A stretch of DNA of 64,000 nucleotides from the NCBI GenBank assembly GCA_010909165.1, contig MU008197.1, positions 248,001-312,000 on the forward strand. Direction: 5' to 3'. Each line of letters starts with the position of its first letter. Positions within the stretch are counted from its first letter, which is position 1. The notes under the pieces are model-generated. The model worked only from the letters and a program-made list of their open reading frames with translations. It did no database searches and was not told the DNA's origin. Of the stretch, positions 45,201 through 58,165 are shown piece after piece. Source of the stretch: Anthoceros angustus (lineage: Eukaryota > Plantae > Anthocerotophyta). Both the position numbers and the translations under genes were made by a program.

Positions 45201-48200
45201 GGAAACGAAAATGAGTGGGAACAAGACGAAAGGGAAAGGAGCTGCTATATGCAAAGAAGGACGGAGGTGAGAAGAGAGGTGGAAACAAAAAGGTGGAGCA
45301 ACAAGGGAACAAGATGGAGGAAATGATGGTCAAACCGGAGAAACTCCATCTTAATGCCATCAAGGACCACGATAGAGAAGGGTTGCCAGAGCGGCGAATC
45401 TCTTCGCTCAACTTTGGACAGCAGGCACGAGGTCGAACTCCCACAAACAAAAGTGCAATCTGGCTACGAGGAGGAGAGGAGGAGATGTGCTTGGAAGATA
45501 CATACCAAATTCAAGAGGCGACACCACTGGTACACCAAGACTTTGTACCCTCAAGTTTACGAAACCCCACTATGGGCATTCGCAATCGATGGCAAGGAAC
45601 CCCGCAAATGAGTGCCATTCGGTTACAATTGCCGAGGGTTCATCTCTTGCATGCCTCGCATCTCGCCAGGAATGGTGATTTTGAGAGTGTGTGGATTGCA
45701 AGCAATCACGTGGCGGCGTCCTCCGCCGAAGAAACATGTGAGGATTGCTCAACCCCTGGCAACCCACCCACCCATGGAGCAAAATCACACCGATGCAAGT
45801 CAAGATGCGCTCATGGTATGGGAGGATTCCGAGGCCAACATGTTGAGAAGTTTGAGGGGTTGGGGACATGGATAGTGGTATATGAAACTCGCCATGGCGC
45901 TCGAACGCGGAGGAGCGGAAGGACACCCTAAGAGAACGGGGAAGAAAAAGAAAGAAGGAAGATTGGGAGCCCATAACGAGTGAGGAGGAAGTCGCGTCTT
46001 CATCGGGCGAAGGAAGGGGGTCCAACCACAAAGCCATCGAGGGGCCGAGAGGGAGAGCGAATCCAGGGGAGCGGCGAGGCACGCCATACAGCGCGCCACA
46101 TTGCGATTTTGGGGCACGATGTAACTCCCAGCCGAACCCGGATTCGAGGATGACGCAAGAGCGAGGAGGATGTGAATCGAATCGCACATCCGGGCGAAAA
46201 CCCAAGGAAAAAGGATGAGTTAGGTTTCCGCCGATGTCGAAGGAAGTTATGGAGATGATCCGAGAGAATCGAACACCACGACCACCACACCTGCACCTCA
46301 GCCCACCAACACCACCATCTGCTTCACCGCGACACTGGGGAGCTACCGCGTTGCTGAAACGAGTGGGAGCAAGCGAGAAGGGAGAACACAATGTGTCCTT
46401 TCAATCGGAGGCCATCATGGACCAAAAATTCATGATAACATTTGGACGCCTCGTGGACAATCCGAGGTACCGCCCGCCAGATCCGGGCATTGAAGGCGAC
46501 AACCCAAGAAGAGGCGGACCCTTCCCAAAACAAGGCCGAGGCCCCTTGCGTGAACATGGTGGCCATGGCGATGGTCCCGGAGGCTGCAGAGATAGAAATC
46601 TGGATGTTATCAAGATACCGGATTCGGTCCGGGTCAACATCATGACGGAGGACACTTGGGGCTGGAGATAGAACACACATCCAAGGTGCTGCGTCTTGCG
46701 GACATGTCCGGATGACAATGGGGAGCGATCGAGTTCTAACCCATATTGGTACCATTCCACCTTATGGACTATGTGGTCATCAAACGTAAAGCCCCGGATA
46801 TGACGTTTTGATTGGCCGGACGTGGATGTATGGGGTACTGTACCTTCAAGTGGGCAAGGAAGGAAGTGGGCTTCAAACCTGGACTGGGACCCCAAGGTTA
46901 AGGAAGGGAGGATATGTTTATCTTGGAGTCGAGATACGCAGGAGAGACGCCACGGAAAGATGGCTATACCTCTAGAAGACACATTTGGGGAGGAGGATGA
47001 GAAAGAGAAGTTCCGCTTGCCCACATTTCTTGGTCGGATGAAGAGCGGGACTATCGAAGAGACATTCCCACTCCATCACTGGTGGGTTGTTATGGAGTGA
47101 CAGCTGATCGACCGGTGTGGAAGGTACTATCATGGTGGAAGGTGGTGGGACGGATGTGGAAGTTCTGTCCCGGCGAAGCGTTGTTCGCGAGATGGAGGGG
47201 AAGCGGCGCGTAATCGGAAGACGGCAAGTGATGGTGGTGCGGCAAGAATGAGAAGGGAGATCCGGATACACAGGCCTACTTATTCGTAAATATTTGAGCC
47301 CCGGAATTAAAAGCATCCCTCGACCATTTGTCGAGCAACAATGAAGGTTGTGTGGTATTTGACTATATGACCACTTTCCCGCCTTCACCTTCAGATATGG
47401 CAAGGAACTTCTCACACCGACAAATCTGTGAGGGAGTCAAGAAATAATACATGAGTTGGCGAGGGCGCCAACAAATGAGAAGGGAGTATGTAAACGATCC
47501 GTATTGGAAACTCCTGTTGGATTGTGTCTTTGAGTGATTTTTGTTTTTTGTTAAGTTTGGTGTCAAGAAGAGCTAGGTTAGGAAGGGATATTTATAGTAG
47601 AAAGTGTCCTTGACCTATGAGTTTTGGGTTGTTTAAAATAATAATCGGTCCTAGACTATGAACTCGATACTCCTTGGCCTTTGGTCTTGGAATATCTAAT
47701 AAAAGTCTATATATGGGGAGGGGTCCCCATATTTGGCAGGTCCGTAGGCTAGAGGTCGAACCAACCAAGTAGTTGAATTGGTGTGGTCGCCCGGGGTGTG
47801 CGGGACTATGTTTCAAGACGGTTGGCGAAGGACGGGCGGTCGTGGAAGGAAGGAGCGGTCGAAGAAGAAGTGGTAGCGGCCGGGTGGCGAGTTTCGGGAA
47901 ATATAACCCTAAGGGAACTCGGAAAGGCACGGGCGGCGGCAGTGGTAGCTCAGACGATCCTCGAGGCACGAGCTCGCACGAGGTCAGAAGGGCGGCCCCG
48001 TGGCGGCGGAGCTCGCGATTCTGGAAGGAAGAAACCCGGGGATTGACCAAGTTGGAGATTCCGAGGCGAGTTATCAGCAATTGAGGGGCGTGAGGGTTTT
48101 GTGAGAGCCCAAGGTTGCAGCAAATTTCACGCCTAATGGCCAAATATGGACCATTGGAGGGTCCGAGGTGGAGGATTGGTGAGGGAGCTGGGACTTGGGA

Positions 48201-49439
48201 TCATGGAAAACAAAGTGAGTTTATGGGAGGATTTTCCGGATCGAACGAGGAAGGAGGACCCATAAATTCAGCAGAAAGGACGAAGGGCCAAAGCACCAAA
48301 TCGGAGGAGTGAGATAACATGGGCGGAGTAGTGGCATCCTAGGAATAGAACTTTGGATAGGATGCCATCTTGGACCTAAGGCCGTCCGAAATTGTAGGGG
48401 CCTCTTCGCTCACCGCTTTTAGGACTGAAAGTCCGGTGGCTATGACGCCCAAAGAATTGTATAAAGGGGCTTGGTTGTGCCTCACATCGATAACTCTGGT
48501 TGAGATCCCCACGCTGCTGTGGTTGGAGACGTCCGATTGACAGAGGTGGTGTGCGCGACGCTCCTAGGGGTGGTCGAGAGCTTGCTCAACGGGGGAGGAG
48601 GGGTGATAGAGCAATCTTGCGACAAAGGAGGAGGAAACCAAGGGATTGGCGGGCGGTCCGGAGCTTGCTCGCACTGTGACGCCTGGGGTTCTTCTTTCCT
48701 TCACCCTTGTTCTGAAGTTGTGTTCAAATTGAGAGAGAAGTGTTGAGTGGATGGTTGGAAGCCGGGCGAATTGAGGGAGAGAGAGAGAGAGAGAGAAGAT
48801 TGGGTGAAGGAGTGAATAATCAGACGCTGGCGCGAGGTGTAAGAGGAGTTGAGAAGGGAACTAATTGAGAGACTAGGGAGATTTGTGTGGATCCAAAAGA
48901 ATCCAAACCGGTCACAGGAAGTGTGCACAAGAGGAAACAGTTCCTTGTAAAATTGTGTGAGTGTGGCGCCCTTTGTGTGTGTGTGAAGCGAGAGTGGAAC
49001 TTTGGTCCCTAGGAATCGGTGTGTGCATGAAGTGTGAGTGAATAAAGTCTCGATCTGATGGTAGCCGCCTGCGCGGGGATCCGCGCCGCGGAAATAAGTC
49101 GCTAGGGTTTGTGGGACCCACCTGTAGTCAAGCAACTACCCAGTGGTGAGAGCCACCGCGTCGTGGAATAAGATTTGCGGTCGTGGAATAAGATTTGTGG
49201 TTGGAATAAGATCGTGGGGAATAAGATCGGTGGTAGTTAGACAAGTCGGGAGGTAGTAGTAGTTGAGTAGATAGGTAAGAGGAGTAAGGTGTAAGTCCCG
49301 ACTTAGGTGAAGGTCGAAGAGTGATAGAAGTTAGCGTCTCTTGGCACAAACCATTCCCTTGGGAGCGAATCCTAAGCCTACAACGATATTGAGGGTGAAT
49401 GTGGACCTCAGGTGTCCCTAGACACAAATTCACACTCAT
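42243..49439 (+). mobile_element. Non-autonomous LTR retrotransposon, family B (TR-GAG-like: gag and protease only), about 7.2 kb
   Basis: LTRs about 42243-44157 and 47489-49439, PBS TGGCGCTGTCGGGAA (44161), PPT ATGAGAAGGGAGTA (47475-47488), probable TSD AGCTC (42238-42242 and 49440-49444); 3.3-kb interior has no RT, RH or INT core. Confidence 0.88.
44520..47100 (+). pseudogene. gag: gag and aspartic protease of element B
   Basis: QSYPLYGEKKGHEDPDEFVERFE, degenerate CCHC region about 45575-45720, DSG(S)GVNIMTED (about 46620-46650), GYDVLIGRTWMYG. Confidence 0.8.
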
Positions 49440-49444
49440 AGCTC

Positions 49445-52400
49445 CATGGTCACCGTCTATGCAAAGACAAAAACACTAAGATGCCGCATCTTGAGCCGAG
49501 GGTTGGTTGCATCCACGAGTCACCATATATGCCGTGCATGCCTTTAGAACCCGGGATTGGTGCACACCCCACCGGCCGCTGTTGACTTCATTCTTTCCCA
49601 CCAACCAAAAACCCTTTGCACCGCCTTTCTCCACTTGCATAGGAGGATGCCCCATTGGATATACTGGACAGAAGTCGACAACGCGCACTCGCAGCCTTCG
49701 ATGAAGGTGACAGCTCTTGACGTAGTGCCCTCTTTAATATGGCACCCGCCGTGCTCCCCTTTCCGTGGCTCGACCCAAAATAGCTCCACAAAGATTCTCG
49801 CATCCTCCCGGTTAGACTTGGGTACCGCCACAAAATAGCTTGGTCCGCAAGCCTTAAATCGCCGCACCATCCGACCACATCCAATGCTCGTGGACTCTTG
49901 TATCCATTTGAGAGCCTCCAATGTAGCATAAGGGCATGCCGACAAAGAGAGTGTCATGTCGCATGTCATCACTAATGTAAAAGTGGTAAAACTTGAACAT
50001 TATGAGGGTCCTCCTCCACCACGGCCCCATCCGCATATATGTAACATGAACTAGAATAGTAACTTGATCACTATGCATTGATTGTATCTCATTCGAACTT
50101 GAAAAGCATAGTTCGCAAAAGTCCATAACAAACTATCACATCCTGAAACCAATCAATGCACTTCAAACCTGTGGCTTGCCATCTTTGGACGTAGTCATGT
50201 GAAATGAAAGCGTCAATTTATCCTTAAGAAATTCAATCATCGCCGGATGGGTTTCAGAACTAGCTTTATTCGGACTTGGAGGTTCCGTCCTCATTCACTC
50301 CCACCTTCTCGATATTCAAGCACCGCCACTTCATTTCATCTCCAAAATGCTTGTGAAACCTCCTTAGGATGAGGGCCAGCTTGGAAACTCCGCACGATTT
50401 ACCAAACAACATTTTCGCCTATGCCCCTCATCCGGTGCTCTAGGGCATAAAACAGAGTGCACCATCTCTGGACGGATGAAAACATCTCCGGCGCGTGGCA
50501 CTTGTCCCCTCCTCGGGTTCCTCTCCACACACCGTGTACACGTGCACACGAGGTGCACCTTTGATGTGGCATCGCAGAAAGTATTCGAGCGTCTTCAAAA
50601 TGCCATCTCGACATGGTACCGCAACAGACATTTCTCTTGGAGGATTTGATGAAGAAGGGCTTCAGTCGAATGCTCTGGCCACAATCTTGATATCCGGATT
50701 CTCCTTTGAAAGCGCAAAAACTCCGTCGCACATCACTCACGACAATGTATGCTCAACATCTCCTCTAAAAGCTGGGACACCAAGATGTGACCAAACAAAG
50801 TAGATAGAGTGGAGCGTCGCAAAAGGACACAGAGCCACATGAAGTGCCCCACTCACAAAGTGTGAGCCTTGTATATCCTCGAGTGAACCCGAGCTACAAA
50901 GAAATGAACATTGCACGCAGAGCAAATGATCGTGAGCCATGGCAAAGGAGGGAGCCAGCCAAATGATGTGAGCTGAGCAGAGCTGTGGAACCCGACAGAG
51001 CCGAGCGAATGAGAAGGAGCCAGAGCAAATGAGCAAGAGCTGCTGCAAATGACTGAGCGAGTAAATGACAAGGAGCCGAGAGCAAATGACAAGGAGCCGA
51101 GCAAATGAGCGAGCGCAAATGACCGGAGCCGAGAAAATGAGCATGTGGCAAATGACCATGGAGCAATAAATGATCGAGCCCGGCAAATGACCAGAGCAAG
51201 AGCAACTAAACAAGAGCTGGCAAGCATGGCGCAAAGAGAAGCGTGCGCAGCCCACACAGAGGAAACTCAACATGGAGAGCAGGTGTAGCACTCAAGCGCC
51301 ACTATCACATATAGTGATGATCCCGAGGCTTGTCAAACAAGTTAAAGGGTTAGTGGCGGGTGTTCAATTGCAAGCATAGTGAGCAAGGAGACGCTCCACC
51401 AATGGCGCAGCGCACCGCCGGGAAGCAAAAAGAGAAATTATGGAATCGAATCACCCGAGAGGTATCTAGGAAATGGATGATGCGCGTGCGGAAGACAAGA
51501 GGAGCCCCGCCGCCGCCTCGCATCCTTGGAGTTGGAGGAAGGCCTTGACGACTCCCAAAATTGCAAAGCCTTAACCCCTTGGGGCAAACAATCGAACGAG
51601 CCTTCCGTCCACCCACACCACGCCTCCTGGTGCACTTTGCAAAATCGCTGGTTTGAAGATGGCGTGCCACAACTACTTCTTGACCCCAAGGACTCGGCCC
51701 AAGGCAGCTGCTCCAGCTGCTTGCCTCACGTCGTCAGTTAGCACAATATTCATAAAGGTTTGTCTTGCCTTCAAGTGATCGGACGCTTGTACACTCCAGC
51801 TTTTCATGGCCGATGTTTGAGCGAGGATGTGGCTTCGAGCCTTCACCCCAAGAACGGGGGAAGAATTCCTTGAGGCCACAGCACGGAAAAAGCATCTAAC
51901 ACCTTAGCCTATCGAATTGAAGTGGGCAGTTCTACATGGCGTGGGTTCTCGAGCAATACGCCCACATTGTGCATCACTGGCCCCATCGGACTGGGTGAGA
52001 TCCCGCCCCCTTTGTGCAGAATCGCCTTGACCGCTCTGTGGATGAAAGAGGACTGGTCTTTGTTGCCCTCGTAGACTAGTTCCCTCCTCACTCATTGAGG
52101 GTTCTTGGATCCGGGCGCCTCACACCCACCCTCACCGTATGATTATCACGTGACAATCCTCCTCCATGCGAAGTGCTCCGCCTCTTGCCTAACATCCGCT
52201 TGCACAAAGATGCTCCATCTTCCACACGCAAAGATGCAACTCGAATTTGCTTTTCCCTCCACGGCGCTTCCAGTGCGTGTTTTGCTCTCCTAAGTGCACC
52301 GGAGGGAGGCGCTGCTGAGCCATTCAATTCCTTGCACCGGGAGGCTCCCTTCGCCTCTCCTCCCTCTCAGCTCACAGTCACAGGCACATGGTTCACACAC
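49445..52400 (-). pseudogene. Sola-type (Sola2-like) DDD transposase, N-terminal and catalytic parts, one intron (about 50766-51340)
   Basis: FWESSRPSSNSKDARRRRG, RLKPFFIK, DF.E.Y..NEIQSMH..QVTILVHVTY, YISDDMRHDTLFV, WMWSDG, WSYFGSSHGKGEH.GAGAILKRALRQE. Confidence 0.78.
50900..51260. repeat. About 20-23 bp minisatellite (GAGCAAATGACAAGGAGCC-like) in the Sola intron
   Basis: More than a dozen (G/C)AAATGA-cored units in tandem. Confidence 0.85.
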
Positions 52401-52499
52401 GGGCCTCAGCGCCTCAAGCAGCGGTGGTGAAAGGTCGCAGTGAAGATGGCGGTTATGCTCTCATGACAAGTGCACCAACATGGGTACTTACCATCTTTT

Positions 52500-52725
52500 G
52501 AAAATCCGCTTAGACAAAACTTTGAAATACAAACAAGTTTACACTTGTTTGTGACCATGCTTCACTTCGTGTTCCATGTTCACTTGACTTGCTCTTGAAA
52601 TTGCACGGTACAACTTTGAAATTCCGCTTATTCCAAACTTTGAAATTTGAACAAGTTCCAACTTCAACAAAGACTCACTTTTAGTGTTACGTGTTCACTT
52701 GACAGTTTGTTTGAAATTCAAATGA
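52500..52725. repeat. Short dispersed motifs, possible Sola subterminal region
   Basis: AACTTTGAAAT x3, GTTCACTTGAC x2 and TCCGCTTA x2 within 230 bp upstream of the transposase. Confidence 0.45.
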
Positions 52726-53679
52726 GCTTGGGTTGTGTGTCTTGTGCTCACTTTTTGTATCCAAAGCTCACTTGTCCATCCATGATCAAATAATTAAATA
52801 CCAAATGCAAAATCATATCCTTAAGATCCGAGCATTTTATCGTGGACTTGTTGCCATGCTCTTAGTTTTGGGAAAAAACTTGAATCACTTGATCATTATT
52901 CTAGCGAGGAGAGTTTTTGAAGGTAAATATGTCCACATGTGGACATATTTCCACGTTCGTCCGTCTCACATAATGTGGTCTACCTAACCGCGTGCTTGGA
53001 CCCATTATTGAAAACCACGCGCTGAAGGTTGGTTTGCCCACCCCTCCTGTAGCCTACCTCCCGAGATACATGCATGTCTATGAGATATGTGGTTCTAGTA
53101 TGTGATTGTGGCTAGTACCCAAAGTTTGTGTTTGTTAGAGATCATGTGAAACGCGCGTCATCCCACAACCATGTCCTTCTTATGTCGCACAAAGTTTTAG
53201 CATGACATATAAGATGGGTGAGAGATAGAATAGTCTATCTATGCGGATTTTCACGAACTCTGCTTATTTTCCTCAAGATCGCTTTCCTACTCATAGCGAT
53301 GCTGATGATTCAATGTATCACGACTCCCATATCCAATCGGCACACCTCATTTTCGGGCTTTCTGGGGGAGAGCTCGACTTGGAAGGAGAAGCATAATGAC
53401 CCTACTGCATATTCAAAGAAACAAGCTTCTCATCCAACAAGTGGCTTGAACATGTTGTTTAACGGTGATGGTATGCGGCGCTTTCGGCGGCGGCCAGCGG
53501 TAAACGCACAATCCCGTGTCGTTGTAGTAAAGTCCCAGTTCCAAAGGGAATGATAAACTCCGTTTGCACACGCCGCGTTCTGTCGTTTCTCACCTCACGC
53601 AGTTGTCATGAGCTTAGACTCAACACATTCCTTCCGTTTCCATGACTAACTACCCGTAACGCGTTCACCACGAGCATGT

Positions 53680-56600
53680 GCCCGGCAGGCTAATAGCCCA
53701 GCGTTTAAGAGACCCGTTAGCGGTCAGTATCATTCAAGTTAAGTCACTTTCCGTTCCTCTAGTCCGTTCCTCTCATCATTCTCACTCCACACTCGCCTTC
53801 GTCCTTGGAAAAAGCGGGTGGCGTATGGTCCGGATTACTCCTCGAAATCGCTCTGCCGATGCCTCTCTCCGGGCCTCCGGGTGCTCTACACGCCTCACGG
53901 GAGTTCCTCCATTATGGTTCCCGCTGGTCCGAATCATCCAGGCGCAAATATTTGGGCAGCTGCTCGGAGACGAGCAAGGGTCCCAGTCGCTCTTCACGCA
54001 CACACCACCACACGTTAGGGTCCGTCACAGGCTACCAGTCAGTCCTTGATCCCGGTCTCTCCCGGGTATGCGTGCACCTTTCGGTGACTCGGGACTCACT
54101 TAGTAAGAAGACGACAAGGTCTGCAGGCGGAAAACGCGATCAACACCAAGAGAAGATACTTTACTAGAGCACCCTCTTATACTACGCCTAAGTCGGCGTC
54201 TTTATTACACTCTCAATCACCGGTGGCGTGCTCAAGATGCCCTAATCGGCCGCTTACCATCTTATCCCTTCCTCCTATCTCCGCTGCCTATGGTGGGCCC
54301 GGGATGACCTTGGTTCCGCCTCGGGCGTGGCCCACCCCGCTCGGCTGGCCATGGGCGCACTTAATCGATGATCCGGCGGGCGGACCTTCCTTCGAACTCG
54401 TCAGTTGTTACCGGGCGGCTCCGACAACCGCACCACCACATCTTCCTCTCTTGGCCCCGAGTGGGTCCCCGGTAGGGGCCACCGATTGATCGCTTCCTCA
54501 AGTTGAGGGAGGCTCCCCTTCACCTTTCCCGAGTCCCGACCTCGGGGTCGTTCGACCGAGTCCGAACTTCGTGGTTCGAGTTCCTTATTCCCGGCCCTCC
54601 GGTCCGTCTCATTCGGGTTCGGACCTCGTGGTCCGAACTTATTGTGTGGTCCGGTCTCATCTCTAGGTTCGGACCTCGGGGTCCGAACTTATTACGAGTC
54701 CGGTCCTCAAGTCCGGACCCCTCATCCACTGGACCGCCATCGTTAGCCCATCCTCACCCACCGACCCTTGTCTTGGGTCGTTGGTGTTCCTTCCTCGCCT
54801 CGGGCCCCCATCTCTATCCCTCCCGACAAAGTTGCGGCCGGGCTTACCCCGAGGTTCGCTGTGGCATTGGCCGCCCCCGCCTCCCGGGCTCTTCTCCACC
54901 GCACGCTGCCGTCTCCCAAACAAGGCCACCAAGGCCCCCGTCAGGCCCCCATGTCCTTCTTCCCTTCCACTCCCTCCGAGCCTCCTGAGGTCCGTCCTGC
55001 CAGAAGCGCGCAGAGGCTTCCAACGCCTTGAGGAGCTCAACGCGTGGTAGTAAGCAAAATCCGAGTAAATTTGTCGATTGCCTCTTCCACATGCGCCCGG
55101 AGCACATACCCTTCGCCATAGGTGCTCAAGAATGCGTGCTTTGCGGACCATCTCCTGCCAGTTTGATGTACCGAGCGAGAATCTCTGTGGCCACAAGGGA
55201 AGCCTGCTACTTCCTCGCATCGCTGGCTGCTGCCCGGCTCCAGCCCTGCTGCTTCCGGCTCATTGCCGCCATAACGCGCCTCCTCCGCCTTCCTTAATCG
55301 ACGTGACTTTTTTACTGCCCAAGGCTCGCCCCATTCATCCCGGCCTCAAGCTTCCGCCATCTCCCTCTCCAGACGGTCCGAATCGCCCATTGCGGTTTCG
55401 TCTGTGTCCTTCTCCATTTCGGCGACGTGCCTTGTTCCATCGCGCACCTTCGCCAATGTGTAGCTTGAGTCGCTCTATCTCGCCGTGATCCGCGATCATG
55501 CGCGCGATTCTCCTGAATTGCCCTTGGGCTGCGCCAAGGTCTCTGCGGTCTTCCATCTCCCCGCCGCTATTGCCCACCTCACGCAACTGGCGCCTCGAGA
55601 TCCTCCATCTCCTTGTTCCGGCCTCCTTCTCCTCTCGTGTGGCCGGCTGCACTGCCCACGCCTGCCTGGCCCGTTGGCAGCGGCTATCCCTGCCTCCACC
55701 TCTCCACGCTGTGATCCTGGCCGGCCTTAGCCAGCCTCCCAGCCTTCCACTCGAGCCTCAGGCCAGGTTGGTCCGGCCAAGCCGCCTCCAGTCGCGAGCC
55801 CTCCGCTTGCTTGGGCCTCGGCCTGCTACCCTCCATGCAGAGGTCCGCCCGTGCTTGGGCCTCTCAAGACGGCTGGTGACAACAAGGACCTTGGTCGATC
55901 TGTCGGATAGGACTGACCTCCGCCTCGCTTCTCGCGCTCCTCCTCGATTCGAGGGACTCCGCTCATTCTTCGCCTGGCCGCCCCACTGCTGAAGTTCCAC
56001 CATCCTCCTCACTGTTGCCTCTCCACTTCTGGGTCTTCTACTGCCGCCAAAGACCTCTCTAAAGCATGTCACCATGACGGTGGCCAAAACCTCCGCTGCT
56101 TCCACGGGCCTGGGAGATGCCAGAAGTCCTGTGGGCGCGGCATCTCTGGTCCGCTCGACCGCCATATGCAGATCCGGAGCGAGTCCGGACTTCTCGGGAC
56201 TAATCGGACCCTCGTGTCCACGAGTGTTGTGGTCCGAGACCTCAGCCTTGGCCCTCTTGGCGCTAACTCCTTCTCCGCCTTCTTCTGGGCTCGAGGCAGG
56301 ATGGGGTCCGGAGTCGGCCCTCTTGCCTCGCCGGCCGGGCTGGGACGGCTGTGGTGGGGTGTCAGCCATCCCTGCCCCTAGGCGTCCTCTCCGCCTCCTC
56401 ACGGGCCTCCTCCGCCACTCCGCCCAGAGGCAAGGGCAGTGCGGTCCCGGGTGCCCCTGCTGGTAGGCGCTATCCCGCCGCCTCTTGTTCCCCGAGTCCC
56501 TGGCTCGGTATGCTGTTGTTGGCTGGCGGCCGAGTCAACCGCCAACCGCTGGTCTCCTCCTCCTGCCGGCTACCCGGGGCACCAAGAGGAGGGAAGTGAT

Positions 56601-58165
56601 ATCTTCCCACACTTCCCTAGGTGGCTAGGGGGTCCGCTTCCAAACGGATGGAGTCCGGGATTCTCCTCCTCCTCCCGGACCTGCTTGGCCTTAGAGGGTC
56701 GCCCGCCTTGCCTTTCCCGCCTCGCTCCTAGAGGGCCGCCACTCCCTTCCCGAGCGCCCGCTTCTTCTTCCCCTTCAGGTTGAGGTGTCCCCACACATGG
56801 ATGAGGAAGGGGATACCGACGAGGCACTTCGTAGTTTCTTGGCCTCTTGGTTGATCGAGGCGAGGATGATTCTTCCAGTCGGCCCTCTTCCCCATTGCAG
56901 GCATGCGAGAATACCAGTAGATTGTCCTGGTGATCCACCTTGGTGAGCATGTTCCAGTGGGCCATGATTCAGCCGCTGCTCTCACGTTCCTTTGTCCGTA
57001 GGTCGCCATCAACGGCGGTTGGTTATCAGTTCGTCCACAGCACGTGCCGCCGCGCCTCTATCTCCTTGCCTTGAGGGGCTCGGGACTCCTAATTTCTTCC
57101 TCCCGGGCGGTTTATATCCCCTCGGGATCTCCAATGGTCCACCTCACAGGATCCTCCTTAGGCTCTTGGGCGTACCTCCTTATTAGCGGCATGCGGCATC
57201 TTTCCCCAGTGTATTCACGGCGGGCGTGGCGACTGTCAAACGTCCAAACCGCTACGAAGATGTCGGTGCCACTTCTCCAGTCTTTGCAACCGGGTAGTCG
57301 GGATATCTCACAGTGACAATGTTGCGCTCCACCAGGCGCGAGCTCCCACACACCTCCGCGGCCTTCTTGGGTCCCATCGCCGCCTTCTTTTTGCTCCTTT
57401 GTGGCGTTATATGCGATGCGGCAGCTGCTCCTCTTAGCCGCGTTGCTCCAACCACGAAGGTGAGCGGCGAGGTACTGGCTTTCGAAGATAGTGCGGAGGC
57501 GGTGGGCCTTGAGGCTGTGTCTGAGGTCACAAGAGAAATGACCCTCCCGGTTGGCCTCGGCGTTGGGAGTAGTCAGGTGGGGAGGTGCCTCTTCTGTCAA
57601 TGGCAGTCGATGGAGTTACATGGCCTCACCTTCGCACACTACGGCCTTACGCGCCGTACTCCATTTACGCGCCGCCTTGTCTGGAGCGTGAATGCACGCC
57701 AATACGGCACCCCTACGGTCTGGTGCGTAGTCCTCCTCTTAAGCTCTGAGTCCGTGGCCTTATGCATCTAAAACACGCTCCAACTCCCTAGTTACTTTAC
57801 TTGGCGTGCATCCATCACGCTCCGGTGTGGTCGGACTTACGACATTTACGTGTGCGGGCCACGCGCCCGCCCGGTTATGCGATGCATGGCTTCTCGGTGC
57901 ACTCGGTCCTTCAACCTACTCGGGGTGTAGTCCGGGGTAGTGGAACCTATTCCTTTCTTTCGCCTTATTTTTCTCCCGGGACCTACAAAAAAACAAAACC
58001 CAACTCATTTCCTACCTCAGAGAGGCACCTTAACTCCCACGAGGAGACTCTTGGGACTCCTTGCCAGATGTCGAGGCAAGCAGAGCTCCTCTTACCTCGC
58101 CTAGTTTCCCACTGAGAGAGTCATGGGAAGTGGTGGTGGGAGGGCCCAGTTGCCACGTGGTCACA
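53680..58165 (-). mobile_element. Probable long solo LTR (family C, about 4.5 kb) with accessory-ORF remnant
   Basis: Minus-strand TATAAGAGGG (about 54172-54181), T-rich LTR-start-like tract (57950-58020), charged coding remnant with IILASINQEA..YPLPH block; no PBS or pol. Ends approximate. Confidence 0.5.
54617..54688. repeat. Two 9-bp-stem palindromes 50 bp apart, with degenerate copies nearby
   Basis: GTTCGGACC-TCGT-GGTCCGAAC (54617-54638) and GTTCGGACC-TCGG-GGTCCGAAC (54667-54688). Confidence 0.9.

Noticed and set aside
50737-51291. 184-aa hydrophobic Cys/Leu/Ser-rich ORF
   Set aside because: Translation of the intronic minisatellite on the minus strand.
41588-53005. Weak inverted similarity (GGATCCAAAGCG vs GCTTGGACCC) as Sola TIRs
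   Set aside because: Too short and mismatched, with no TSD support.
53260-53560. Possible further host-gene fragment on the minus strand
   Set aside because: No frame gave a motif I could assign.
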